64,000 bases of DNA from the NCBI GenBank assembly GCA_038450185.1, contig GCA_038450185.1_4765.1. The stretch is one strand, 5' to 3'. Below, one piece after another: positions 51,275-60,240 of the stretch; within the stretch, counting starts at the first letter, position 1; each line of letters starts with the position of its first letter. Origin of the DNA: a phage. The position numbers and the translations under genes are program-made. A model generated the notes under the pieces. It was not told the DNA's origin. It made no database searches and saw only the letters and a program-made list of their open reading frames with translations.

Positions 51275-53098
51275 TTATGATTGCATCCAAATTTTGCGCT
51301 GATCTGCATCTTCACTATAGAGCAAATCGAATAGCTCTTTATAGTTTTCCGGTAACGTGATGATCTCCATGACAGGATCGTTGATCACGCGATGATAGTC
51401 GGATTCTGTGAGCGATGCTAAACCTTTGATATATCGAATGTTGTAACCTTTGATATTATCTCGGTCGTTCTCGAAATCTTCTAGGTCATAATACCATCGA
51501 ACATCATCACCTTTCTTTGGTTCAGCAATGATAATAGGTGTTTTGATAAACCGGATTCGTCCATCTTCAAACAATTCAGGCCAACGTGCAAAGAAAGAGA
51601 TCAGACTAGGTTTAATAGACCCGATCCCGTCAGTATCAGCGTCGGTCATAATCGCAATATTTTTGTATTGCATAACTTCCAATGCATCAACACCAAATTG
51701 CAAACCAGTGATCGCCATGATGTTAAAAATTTCGGCGTTCTTAACGATCTTTGCCTCTGGTTGTTCCCACGTTGTAAGAGTTTTACCTCGCAACGGGAAA
51801 CCGCCATGTAAATCTTGATCACGTACAGAGATCAGATAGTTGATCGCGGAATCACCTTCCGTCAAAAACAGGGTAGTTTCTGCGTCAGTTCCAATAAGGT
51901 TAGCTTTAACGTGTTTTGCTACCTTAGCCCGTTTCGCTGCTTTTGCTGCCTTAGTCGCTGCCGCTTTATCTGCTGCCTCTTTGCGTGCCAGGACTACAGC
52001 AATAATAGGCATGATAATGTTTTCTTTCTTCGCAATGACTTTAGCCAGCTTTTTAAAATCAAGAACAATATGACGCTTGATATCACCAGTTGGGTTAGTC
52101 AAGCGTTCTTTTGTCTGTGAATCAAAGCGCAAGTTAGGCAATTCACGAACAATAAGAATACAGGTCAATCCAGACTTAACCGCAGCTTTAGTAACATCAA
52201 CCTTATATTCTTTCTTGATTCGTTTTACAATCTCTTCACAAAGATCATCTGTCACATAATCAACGTGTGTTCCCCCGTTTTTGGTAAACAGACCATTAGC
52301 AAAGGATACTGATTTAAAACCTTCTCCCTCGACCGCCGGAACTAGAGCAAGTGAAAAGTTTTTATCTTCAATGACAAACGGATCATCATTGTATAGTTTA
52401 GCATAATCCTTGAACTTACTAACAATGCGTTTACCATTAAACTTAAACGTGATCTTAGGAAAGATTACGCTCAATGATTGCAGACGATCATGAACAATAT
52501 CTAAAACAGAGTTGTCCATCATATAACCTTCGAAGTGGTCGAAGTCTGGGCAAAATGTAACCTTTGTTCCCTTCAATTTTGATGGTTTTGATGACCATGT
52601 GATATTTTCAGCACCGTTTGTGCATTGAACGGTCATTTCTGTTTCGCCGTCACAGGTCACACCAGTAAACCAATCGCTAAAGAAATTTGACAACGACGAC
52701 CCCACACCGTTCATCCCTTGCGTTAATCGATTGGTATCATCAAAGTTAGACCCTGCTTTTGTTCGTGTCCATGCGGCTACAGGTTGCGGAATCTGCGTAC
52801 CCTCTGGGGTAGTAACCATATGTTGAGGAATACCGCGACCATTGTCTGTTACCGTAACAATATTGTTTTGGATATCGACGCTAATCACATTGGCAAATTC
52901 AAAATTAGTGCGGATCGCCTCGTCTACAGAGTTGTCGATGATCTCATCAATGATTTTAACCAGTCCAGGAACGTATGAAATTTTTGTCCATTTACCGAAC
53001 AGGAAACGTTGATGTTCTTCGTAAGTTGTTGATCCTATATACATTCCTGCACGCTTAAGGACATGTTCACGATCAGATAAAATGCGAAACTCACTCAT
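51275..53098 (-). CDS. 39: DNA topoisomerase II large subunit, unsplit (39 plus 60 equivalent)
   Basis: ORF track; 607 aa; GyrB-type ATPase N-terminus and Toprim region in one continuous ORF. Confidence 0.85.
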   Translation of the reverse strand: MSEFRILSDREHVLKRAGMYIGSTTYEEHQRFLFGKWTKISYVPGLVKIIDEIIDNSVDEAIRTNFEFANVISVDIQNNIVTVTDNGRGIPQHMVTTPEGTQIPQPVAAWTRTKAGSNFDDTNRLTQGMNGVGSSLSNFFSDWFTGVTCDGETEMTVQCTNGAENITWSSKPSKLKGTKVTFCPDFDHFEGYMMDNSVLDIVHDRLQSLSVIFPKITFKFNGKRIVSKFKDYAKLYNDDPFVIEDKNFSLALVPAVEGEGFKSVSFANGLFTKNGGTHVDYVTDDLCEEIVKRIKKEYKVDVTKAAVKSGLTCILIVRELPNLRFDSQTKERLTNPTGDIKRHIVLDFKKLAKVIAKKENIIMPIIAVVLARKEAADKAAATKAAKAAKRAKVAKHVKANLIGTDAETTLFLTEGDSAINYLISVRDQDLHGGFPLRGKTLTTWEQPEAKIVKNAEIFNIMAITGLQFGVDALEVMQYKNIAIMTDADTDGIGSIKPSLISFFARWPELFEDGRIRFIKTPIIIAEPKKGDDVRWYYDLEDFENDRDNIKGYNIRYIKGLASLTESDYHRVINDPVMEIITLPENYKELFDLLYSEDADQRKIWMQS

Positions 53099-53201
53099 TA
53101 TTAAACCTCTTCATAACATAACCATAACTTACTGCAACCGCCACAAAGACGGCTGCAACAATCATATTAAAAATTGAGTGATTGTCAAGTATATGACTCA
53201 T
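53091..53201 (-). CDS. hypothetical 36-aa hydrophobic peptide
   Basis: Hand translation MSHILDNHSIFNMIVAAVFVAVAVSYGYVMKRFNNE; start overlaps upstream stop (ATGA), stop overlaps gene 39 start. Confidence 0.25.
   Translation of the reverse strand: MSHILDNHSIFNMIVAAVFVAVAVSYGYVMKRFNNE
53161..53188 (-). promoter_or_regulatory. possible promoter upstream of gene 39 (TTGACA-16-TATGAT)
   Basis: Hexamers about 60 nt upstream of gene 39 start; lies inside a proposed mini-ORF. Confidence 0.3.
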
Positions 53202-53371
53202 GACACGCGCACATTTTTATCATAGTACCCGCCATTAATCCCGCGCGGGGCAGTTAATCCCTGTTTGCATTCTTTACCACATTCAGGGCATTCTGCCTTT
53301 TCACGCTCGGAAATTTTGCGGATTTTCTGAAATTGACCGTGTTCTTCACAAGAATAATCGTATAATGGCAT
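53198..53371 (-). CDS. FmdB-type zinc-ribbon protein
   Basis: ORF track 53198..53452 trimmed to ATG 53371 (MPLYDYSCEEHGQFQ ... CPECG) with AAGGGGA SD. Confidence 0.45.
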   Translation of the reverse strand: MPLYDYSCEEHGQFQKIRKISEREKAECPECGKECKQGLTAPRGINGGYYDKNVRVS

Positions 53372-53372
53372 A

Positions 53373-54041
53373 TTATCCCCTTTGTTTCTTAACTGAATTT
53401 GGATCTGGATTTTCTGGTAGGTCTTCCAGACCCATAGCATAACGTTGTGCATAGATTAGCATAAGAATATCGCGAGCGCAATCATGAATTGCATCATGTG
53501 CGATAAAACCATCTAGCGTACCCATTGGTAACGGACACTCACACATCCCGCGATGCATCAATGTACGCTCAATGGCGGTGCGAACATCTCGGATGTTCCA
53601 GAATCGCACAGGTTCAAGATTGAACGTCTCTCGTGTATTGTGTGCACAGCGGATCATATCAACTAGTAACGGAATATCAAACGCATTACCGCGTGACCAC
53701 ATTACGGATTTAACCGGATCTACCCCTACGGCTTCACAGAATGCGTTAAAACGCGCTAAACCTTCTTTAGTTGATACTTCCGTACCATTTGTGATTAATT
53801 GCTTTCTCATACCTTCTGAGGCGGTATTCTTCCACCATTCAACCACACCATGATCAAACACCCTTACACCTTTCTGGGAAGGAATATCAAATTTTACCAG
53901 AAAGGAATTGTCGACCAGTTCTTTAAATGTAGGTGGATTGTGCGGATCTTCTTTAAATCCGATTGCCGCCATATTGATAACCGCCCCATCGGGCGGATAA
54001 CCTAAACTTTCAAAGTCAATCATTAAATCCACTGGAAGCAT
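53373..54041 (-). CDS. dexA: exonuclease A
   Basis: ORF track 53373..54113 trimmed to ATG 54041 (MLPVDLMIDFESLG); similarity to recalled T4 DexA (VEWWKN, FNLEPVRFWNIRDVRT, CPLPMGTLDGF, YAMGLED). Confidence 0.75.
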   Translation of the reverse strand: MLPVDLMIDFESLGYPPDGAVINMAAIGFKEDPHNPPTFKELVDNSFLVKFDIPSQKGVRVFDHGVVEWWKNTASEGMRKQLITNGTEVSTKEGLARFNAFCEAVGVDPVKSVMWSRGNAFDIPLLVDMIRCAHNTRETFNLEPVRFWNIRDVRTAIERTLMHRGMCECPLPMGTLDGFIAHDAIHDCARDILMLIYAQRYAMGLEDLPENPDPNSVKKQRG

Positions 54042-54042
54042 T

Positions 54043-54285
54043 TTAAATATCCTCCGCGATATGCCGGAACAACTCCAGATCGTTTTTATCCAGAATGAAA
54101 CCGCTACAATCAATAATCCCGTTACCGTAATTATCGGTTAACAGTCGTTCCGTTGCCATGTATGCGCGTACTTTGTTGTTAAAATTCATTACATGTTGTG
54201 CATAGTCACAATGAATCTTTTGACGGTTCCACGCGACAATTGATTGTAGATGTATTACATTAGCCACATTATTAATAACAACCAT
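54043..54285 (-). CDS. hypothetical protein
   Basis: ORF track 54043..54348 trimmed to ATG 54285. Confidence 0.35.
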   Translation of the reverse strand: MVVINNVANVIHLQSIVAWNRQKIHCDYAQHVMNFNNKVRAYMATERLLTDNYGNGIIDCSGFILDKNDLELFRHIAEDI

Positions 54286-54286
54286 A

Positions 54287-54463
54287 TCAAAACCCTCGCT
54301 TAGTGGAATGTTCTGGCATTTTATTGATACATTCAGCTTGGTCGTCACGAGATTTTTTTGACGAATTAAGAGCTACAGCCAAAAAATCCTGTAACTGTTC
54401 GTTTGTCATTTTTGGCTTACACCGCGTATCTAAACCCTTCGTTCTTCTAGCTTCATTAGCCAT
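54287..54463 (-). CDS. hypothetical 58-aa protein sharing C-terminal tail with 54465..54632
   Basis: Hand translation MANEARRTKGLDTRCKPKMTNEQ ... AECINKMPEHSTKRGF. Confidence 0.35.
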   Translation of the reverse strand: MANEARRTKGLDTRCKPKMTNEQLQDFLAVALNSSKKSRDDQAECINKMPEHSTKRGF

Positions 54464-54464
54464 A

Positions 54465-54632
54465 TCAAAACCCTCGCTTAGTGAAATGCTCGATCATTTT
54501 ATTGATACATGCAGCTTCACTATCGCCGGACACGTTCCAGCCGTATAGACCCCATCTAAAGCACATGGTAACAGTTCCATTGTGACGGCTTACCGTCACA
54601 TCATTAAATTCTGGGATACTTCGCATAATCAT
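54465..54632 (-). CDS. hypothetical 55-aa protein sharing C-terminal tail with 54287..54463
   Basis: Hand translation MIMRSIPEFNDVTVSRHNG ... AACINKMIEHFTKRGF; GAGGA SD. Confidence 0.35.
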   Translation of the reverse strand: MIMRSIPEFNDVTVSRHNGTVTMCFRWGLYGWNVSGDSEAACINKMIEHFTKRGF

Positions 54633-54642
54633 AATAATTTCC

Positions 54643-56034
54643 TCAAATATAGTCTACTCGATACCGCGCACGGGTAACACCCACATATAATAACTGCATT
54701 GCCAATTCAAAGTCAACATTGTCTGTACACATGCAAGGAGTATACAGGAACACGCGGTCTACGCTGATCCCTTGTGACTTATGAATGGTGCAAGCTGGTA
54801 ATGCTTTTACATTCAAGAACATACGCTTCATCGTCCAGAAGGAATCCCAATCTGGTTTAAATTTTGGATTCTCTTTCTTCATTTCGCGATATTGTCCGGC
54901 GACCGTATTCAGATAGATAGAGAAAATGTTCTTCTGACGTTGTTCTGTCAGAATGTTGATTTCTACTAAATCTGGTTTATCTGTAGTGATTCCGACTGCA
55001 TCTAAACCGACTTTCTGATTTAGGATTTCTTTGTCTTCGTCATCATCGACGCTTTCCACTTTCAGAGTATAGCCTAAAACTGGTTGCGGATCTACCCCCG
55101 TGCAACGTAATGTAAATTCGCGCGGGATGACCTCTTTAACTCGGATCATCTCACCATTGTTAAAAATAACATTGGGAATCTTCTTCCCGCGTTCATCTCG
55201 CAGATATTCGATCAATGGTTCCTGAGTAACCAGAATTTCATCTACAATCACTGGTTCATCGGTGTTATAAACGCGCTTACGCACAATTTCATTGAGTTTT
55301 TCGACGCTCTTGTTAGTGTAGGCCAGAATACGGTTTTCTAGCAGGTCTTCCGGCGTTTTAACGGTTTCGAAATAATGCTTCATAAACTCCGGCAGAGTTG
55401 AGCTATGGAATACACCCTCGTTGCCGCACTGCTTTTCGAATACCCATTTACCATTACGGACAGCGGTCGCCACATCAATGATCGGTGCATTAGATCGTTT
55501 AATTTCTGTCAACTCCACGTTTTGAAAATTTTCATCCGTGAAGAAAGGAGAGATCGACGTTGCACCGCTCGGATCAACTGGTCGTAACTGGTGCGGATCG
55601 CCAACTGCAATAACAACAATTCGACCGTTGATACTCTTCATGAGAATATCAAATAGTTTCTTATCGACCATACTCGCTTCATCAACAATGATGATCTGAA
55701 CATCATCTAGCTTAGGAGTATCTTTTTGTTCAAATACTTGAGTATCTTCATAGTTGGTTGGATTTAGTCGCAGTAGTGCATGTAAAGTAAATGCTTGACG
55801 ACCTACCGCCTTACTCAAAACTTTTTTAGCCTGGTGGGTAGGCGTTGCCAAAACCACACCAGTTACACCACGGCGGACCATTTCCTGAACAATGAATTTC
55901 ATCATTGCGGTTTTACCAGTACCCGCCGCACCACGGACAGTTGTATGCTTCTTTTGTTCAATACGTTTCATTAGAACATCAAAAGCATGTTTTTGCCCGT
56001 CTGTTAACATATCGAAAGTTAATACTCTGCTCAT
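54643..56034 (-). CDS. dda: SF1 DNA helicase
   Basis: ORF track; Walker A GAAGTGKT, similarity across length to recalled T4 Dda (IKRSNAPIIDVAT, LLYVGVTRARY). Confidence 0.85.
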   Translation of the reverse strand: MSRVLTFDMLTDGQKHAFDVLMKRIEQKKHTTVRGAAGTGKTAMMKFIVQEMVRRGVTGVVLATPTHQAKKVLSKAVGRQAFTLHALLRLNPTNYEDTQVFEQKDTPKLDDVQIIIVDEASMVDKKLFDILMKSINGRIVVIAVGDPHQLRPVDPSGATSISPFFTDENFQNVELTEIKRSNAPIIDVATAVRNGKWVFEKQCGNEGVFHSSTLPEFMKHYFETVKTPEDLLENRILAYTNKSVEKLNEIVRKRVYNTDEPVIVDEILVTQEPLIEYLRDERGKKIPNVIFNNGEMIRVKEVIPREFTLRCTGVDPQPVLGYTLKVESVDDDEDKEILNQKVGLDAVGITTDKPDLVEINILTEQRQKNIFSIYLNTVAGQYREMKKENPKFKPDWDSFWTMKRMFLNVKALPACTIHKSQGISVDRVFLYTPCMCTDNVDFELAMQLLYVGVTRARYRVDYI

Positions 56035-56348
56035 TATCCTAAAATCCTCACCTTGCGAACACAGATAGTATTGAGTTCTCGCCGTACCCGTTCTTTTTCA
56101 TATTCAGGAATTTTATATTCGATACCATCCCGAACAATTTCAGAAGACCGGATTATGCCAAATTTTCGTTTAGGTACAACCTTGTATTTCGGTTCACCCG
56201 CCAATAGACTCTCACAATAATCTATCTGATCACACATTGACGCTAACGCAGCATCATGTGTTTCGCAAGTTAGGACGCGACCCTTCGCGTCCACTGAGTA
56301 TTGAAAGAATCCGTCTTTATCACGATAACATACAGCAAATACATGCAT
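56034..56348 (-). CDS. hypothetical protein
   Basis: ORF track 56034..56384 trimmed to ATG 56348 overlapping upstream stop (TAATG). Confidence 0.4.
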   Translation of the reverse strand: MHVFAVCYRDKDGFFQYSVDAKGRVLTCETHDAALASMCDQIDYCESLLAGEPKYKVVPKRKFGIIRSSEIVRDGIEYKIPEYEKERVRRELNTICVRKVRILG

Positions 56349-57103
56349 TATAAACCTACCTTCGCTTTCATCAATTCGATCCACGACGCATCAATCGGAA
56401 GCCCGTATTTCACGCGTTCTTTTTGTGCTGGCGTTAAGTTCTCATACTTAGAAAGAGATTCAATCAAAACGCTGGTATATTTTAGCACGATTTCGGTATT
56501 GTTTGCAATAGCCTTAAGTTTTTCTTCTTTCTTGTTGATTTCGCTAAGGGCTTGCTTGAGATCTGCAATTTTCTGATAACGTTCTTCCATACGTAAGAGA
56601 GTATTTTTAATCGCTCGCTCGGCTGCCTCTGCTTTCTCCGGTTCGTTGTGCTTTTTGTGGCGCTCTATTGCTAATTTCTTTTCTTCGATTGCCATTTCCT
56701 GATTTTTGATGCGATTCTCGTTAAGTTCGATCCACTCGATGTACTTCGCACGTAGGGCAATTTCATCATCAGAAAGTTTACCGTTAGTTCCTAGTTCCTG
56801 GATCTCTTTAAGAGATTCGATAGTGTGATTGCCACGGAAAGAATTGTATTTCAGTTTAACCGGAATTACATTGCCATCAACATATCCCAGATTGCAATCA
56901 ATGCGCTCTAAGGAGAGTCCGTCATCACCTTCACCGAAAGCCTCACCTGAATAGGCACAATGAGTCTGGCGGTAAATGTTACGCACAGTGACTAAGCTCA
57001 TAGAGAAGTCTTTGTTGCGACGTGAAGCACCAGCCATGATAGAGTTCAGCCGGAAAACAACCAGCGCCAATTCTTCGTTAGATTTAAAAGCAAACAGTTT
57101 CAT
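56348..57103 (-). CDS. hypothetical protein with coiled-coil C-terminal half
   Basis: ORF track; ATG 57103 with AAGGAG SD; promoter cassette upstream; position corresponds to srd/mod region of T4 but identity unverified. Confidence 0.45.
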   Translation of the reverse strand: MKLFAFKSNEELALVVFRLNSIMAGASRRNKDFSMSLVTVRNIYRQTHCAYSGEAFGEGDDGLSLERIDCNLGYVDGNVIPVKLKYNSFRGNHTIESLKEIQELGTNGKLSDDEIALRAKYIEWIELNENRIKNQEMAIEEKKLAIERHKKHNEPEKAEAAERAIKNTLLRMEERYQKIADLKQALSEINKKEEKLKAIANNTEIVLKYTSVLIESLSKYENLTPAQKERVKYGLPIDASWIELMKAKVGL

Positions 57104-57131
57104 AATTGATTCTCCTTAGTTGGTATGTGTG

Positions 57132-57161
57132 TATTATTGTCTATCTGGTTTGTGCTGTCAA
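57132..57161 (-). promoter_or_regulatory. early promoter cassette (TTGACA, weak AT-rich -10)
   Basis: tgtcaa plus gtattatt upstream of gene starting 57103. Confidence 0.4.
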
Positions 57162-57164
57162 CAC

Positions 57165-57668
57165 TTAAATTAAAGAAAATTTGTAAATCTCTATCAGATC
57201 GCCATTACACGCGTAAACTTCCTCGATCTCATCAAGGATCATGGTCGTCCCTGTCTTGTATATGCACTCGCGCTCATCTGCCAACATAGCATACAAAGAC
57301 AGTCGAGTAGTCGGATTGTCATACTCTTTAGACACCACTCGGTCAATAGCATGTTCGTAATAATTCATGCAAGGCTTGGTAGGTTTTATTGCAATAATCT
57401 TTCCTGTTGCATAAACATCGGTTGCAAAGTCCTCTGCTGTTGATTGCAGTGGCGTAAAGCTCATAGGACGCTCTACAACGAAAGAATCGCCTACAATTAA
57501 GGTATCCAGCTTACGGCCTTCTCTTTTGCTCACACCGCGATACAAGGCTTCATGATGCACTAACCGCTCAGTCTTTTCAATCAATCCATTAAGGATCGAC
57601 ATATCGATATTTTCTTTAGAGTTCATCACCTCATCAATGATGTTAAGTTCTTCTGGTGTAAATTGCAT
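57165..57668 (-). CDS. putative ADP-ribosyltransferase (Mod-like)
   Basis: ORF track; R (ALYRGV), S-T (FTPLQST) and E-x-E (ADERECI) spacing consistent with ART fold; synteny with T4 modA/modB. Confidence 0.4.
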   Translation of the reverse strand: MQFTPEELNIIDEVMNSKENIDMSILNGLIEKTERLVHHEALYRGVSKREGRKLDTLIVGDSFVVERPMSFTPLQSTAEDFATDVYATGKIIAIKPTKPCMNYYEHAIDRVVSKEYDNPTTRLSLYAMLADERECIYKTGTTMILDEIEEVYACNGDLIEIYKFSLI

Positions 57669-57670
57669 AA

Positions 57671-57701
57671 TAAAAAAGCCTCCAATCTTTCGACGGGAGG
57701 C
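57671..57701 (-). terminator. terminator-like hairpin whose 3' arm is the SD of the mod-like gene
   Basis: GCCTCC...GGAGGC hairpin followed by TTTTTTA then ATG 57668. Confidence 0.45.
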
Positions 57702-57730
57702 ATAATAAAACCATTATAGAGTAGTGTCAA
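57702..57730 (-). promoter_or_regulatory. possible promoter (TTGACA-17-TATTAT) abutting a terminator hairpin
   Basis: Hexamers between gene 56 stop and the hairpin at 57678-57701. Confidence 0.3.
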
Positions 57731-57737
57731 CTAATTT

Positions 57738-58256
57738 TTAGTAGCCGCGTTCTTGACGGGCGAAGTTTTCAGCATTTTTCAGATAGTACAGAATAAAGAG
57801 TTCTTGAGCGTCAATACCCAGCGGGATCATCTTTGACAGAATGAAGTGGATCGCGTCCACAAATTCAAATTTCACTTCAAGCTGATCTTCCGGTGACAGT
57901 TCAGAGAATTTACGCGCTCGCGCTTCCCCGTGGTTCTTTTTCCACATTTTCCAGATTGCACTTGCATCTTTACCATTGGACATTCCACCCAGAGATGTGT
58001 AAAGCTCTCGTGTTTCGTCTGCGATAGCGTCATCCATCCGTTGCATCCAATCCAGCATTTCACCGCAAGTCTCTAGCTTAGTTGGATTTGGGACCCAATC
58101 AAATTTTTCGGATAATGCAACCTGCAAACCAGTTTGCATTTCGAGCATCACCTGAAACGGATCTTTACCTTCTGCAATCGCGTGATGATATGCGGCGATA
58201 GCCGCGTTAATATCTTTTTCGTTAACCAGACCAGCACAAGAATTAAATTCTGACAT
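57738..58256 (-). CDS. 56: dCTP pyrophosphatase (MazG-like)
   Basis: ORF track 57738..58262 (GTG); ATG 58256; similarity to recalled T4 gp56 (KDPFQVMLEMQ, ASAIWKMWKK, LSPEDQLEVKFE, YYLKNAENFARQERGY). Confidence 0.75.
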   Translation of the reverse strand: MSEFNSCAGLVNEKDINAAIAAYHHAIAEGKDPFQVMLEMQTGLQVALSEKFDWVPNPTKLETCGEMLDWMQRMDDAIADETRELYTSLGGMSNGKDASAIWKMWKKNHGEARARKFSELSPEDQLEVKFEFVDAIHFILSKMIPLGIDAQELFILYYLKNAENFARQERGY

Positions 58257-58270
58257 ATTCACCTCATTAA

Positions 58271-59299
58271 TTAAAATTTACAATATTTCATAAACCGCAT
58301 TTTAGCCATCAGACCTTGTACGGTGTTCTCTTTGATATATTCCATGATCTGGTCGCGTGTAGCGCCCTCGTCCTGAATCATGGCGTTAACGTCTTTAGAA
58401 TGCCACGGGCAGCGATCCCACAAAACAATCTTTTCCCCTGCATTGATAAACTTTTCCAGTCGGTGCATTGTATCGGCAGACCGTGGTTCCGCATCAAGTA
58501 CAAACACTCGCTGATCAGGGAAAGGAATTTCATCTAATCCCAAAGTACCGCCAGTAATTGCACACCCGTTATCAATAAACAATGAATCGATCGGACCTTC
58601 TAAGAAATACACAGGTTTACTCGGATCGGCGCGTTCAAGACCATAGACCTTACTCGCTAACTCATGAGTTTTAATCGTCATATATTTGGTCTTTCCGTAA
58701 TCCTTTCTCAATGCTCGCCCCTGAATGGATTCTATCTTGTTCTCGCGGTTAAAGATAGGAATCACTAAACGCGGTTCAGGTTGTGGATTCTTGAAAGTAT
58801 CAGCCTTAATGTGATTTGCTACCTTTTGCCATTCTCTCGTGAAATACAGAAGATCCCATTTATCGTGAGGAATACAGCGATCACTGACATACTTTATTAT
58901 AGGATGATTAGCCGGAAGAGTATCTAATCTCTCGCAGAAAGGCAATGTTTGCACTTTCTTAATCTCCGGCTTTTCTACCTTTTTCAGTGGCTTGAACGTG
59001 GTGTTCTTGTGGTCGCCTTGTTCCTTCCGTCTCTCCATAAGCCATTCCCTGAATAGGTCCGGCTTATACTGTTTGAGAAATTCACCTAACGGCTGATTGT
59101 AGTTACAGTTGAAACAACCACAACGCAAACTATCTTTATAGGTATAGATACGGAATCGCGCTTGAGTATGATTTTTCTTTGAGTCACCGCAGATCGGACA
59201 ACTACAGACCAGCGTAAATGAGCTAGTATGCAACCGTTTAAAATTTCGTTCGCCGTATATGGCTTTTTCCGCTATTTCATAATCTGCGTAGTAAATCAT
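58271..59299 (-). CDS. 61: DNA primase
   Basis: ORF track; 342 aa; N-terminal zinc ribbon CSCPICGD...CFNC plus Toprim-like core. Confidence 0.8.
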   Translation of the reverse strand: MIYYADYEIAEKAIYGERNFKRLHTSSFTLVCSCPICGDSKKNHTQARFRIYTYKDSLRCGCFNCNYNQPLGEFLKQYKPDLFREWLMERRKEQGDHKNTTFKPLKKVEKPEIKKVQTLPFCERLDTLPANHPIIKYVSDRCIPHDKWDLLYFTREWQKVANHIKADTFKNPQPEPRLVIPIFNRENKIESIQGRALRKDYGKTKYMTIKTHELASKVYGLERADPSKPVYFLEGPIDSLFIDNGCAITGGTLGLDEIPFPDQRVFVLDAEPRSADTMHRLEKFINAGEKIVLWDRCPWHSKDVNAMIQDEGATRDQIMEYIKENTVQGLMAKMRFMKYCKF

Positions 59300-59308
59300 A
59301 ATAACCTC

Positions 59309-59512
59309 TTATAGCTCAAATTTCATGAAAGTTCCTACACTTTCATTTTCATTCTCTCCGTTTTCATCTAAGCCAAATTTGTAGACACTACCATCTGGCG
59401 ATGTGTAAGAGAATACACGAAAACGGCCTACCGAATCAAGTTCTGTAAATTCATATTCTTTTCCGGCTTCAAAAAGTGCATATGTGCTTTTAAGACATTT
59501 CATCGTAATCAT
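59309..59512 (-). CDS. hypothetical protein
   Basis: ORF track; ATG 59512 overlapping upstream stop. Confidence 0.4.
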   Translation of the reverse strand: MITMKCLKSTYALFEAGKEYEFTELDSVGRFRVFSYTSPDGSVYKFGLDENGENENESVGTFMKFEL

Positions 59513-59652
59513 TTAAGCGCCACCGACAACAGAATGAGAACTACACCAACATACATTGTGATCTCGGATAACTTTTCTGTTTTTGTTTTGTGTCCAGATA
59601 ATCCGAAAACAACAACACCGATAATAGCGGACAGCAAGCCAACGATAAACAT
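59509..59652 (-). CDS. hypothetical 47-aa two-helix membrane peptide
   Basis: Hand translation MFIVGLLSAIIGVVVFGLSGHKTKTEKLSEITMYVGVVLILLSVALK. Confidence 0.3.
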   Translation of the reverse strand: MFIVGLLSAIIGVVVFGLSGHKTKTEKLSEITMYVGVVLILLSVALK

Positions 59653-59659
59653 GATGATA

Positions 59660-59836
59660 CTAAGCACCGTCTTTCTCCTTTTTGCGTTTTTCTTTACCCG
59701 CTACACTAGGTCCACGATTGGTAATAGATCCGCTCGTTTCACCTGCTGCGATCTTCTCAGGATTGCCGCCAGCATCGCCAGCGGTCATATCTTCTTTGAG
59801 TTTATTTTCTTCAACAAACTGTTTAAAGCCAATCAT
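59660..59836 (-). CDS. hypothetical 58-aa protein
   Basis: Hand translation MIGFKQFVEENKLKEDMTAGDAGGNPEK...; ATG overlaps upstream stop (ATGA). Confidence 0.3.
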   Translation of the reverse strand: MIGFKQFVEENKLKEDMTAGDAGGNPEKIAAGETSGSITNRGPSVAGKEKRKKEKDGA

Positions 59837-60210
59837 AGAATAATCTCTTTCAGTAAGTCAACAATCTGGTCTTTCGTCAGTTTATCCTGATTCTCTACAA
59901 TCTTGATAACACAAGCGTTAACATCTTTTCGAGTAACGCGGGAGATCGTTTTAATACGATGAAACGGTTCGTAGAAATATACTGCTTCATTATAGAGCGC
60001 AGCAATTTTTCGACGCATTTGATCTTTATCCGACAAGAAAACAAGTGCTGTTTTATGACCTTCTACACCCGCCACGTTATATAGTTCAGCAACACCCCAG
60101 CGACCTTCCGGTTCAATCATTCCGGCGTGTTTACCGTCGATAAAAATAAGAATATCTCCGTTGAATGCGGTTTTGAATGCTACATCTTCCGGCGTAATCA
60201 TATTTTTCAT
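59833..60210 (-). CDS. hypothetical protein
   Basis: ORF track; ATG 60210 with AAGGAG SD. Confidence 0.45.
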   Translation of the reverse strand: MKNMITPEDVAFKTAFNGDILIFIDGKHAGMIEPEGRWGVAELYNVAGVEGHKTALVFLSDKDQMRRKIAALYNEAVYFYEPFHRIKTISRVTRKDVNACVIKIVENQDKLTKDQIVDLLKEIIL

Positions 60211-60240
60211 AATATAGTCTCCTTAGAGTTTCATTATAGA

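Noticed and set aside
120-57730. Possibility that the repeated ~60-bp elements form a CRISPR array
   Set aside because: The repeats are irregularly spaced, each precedes an ORF, and they contain -35/-10 hexamers and an RBS; there are no uniform spacers or cas genes.
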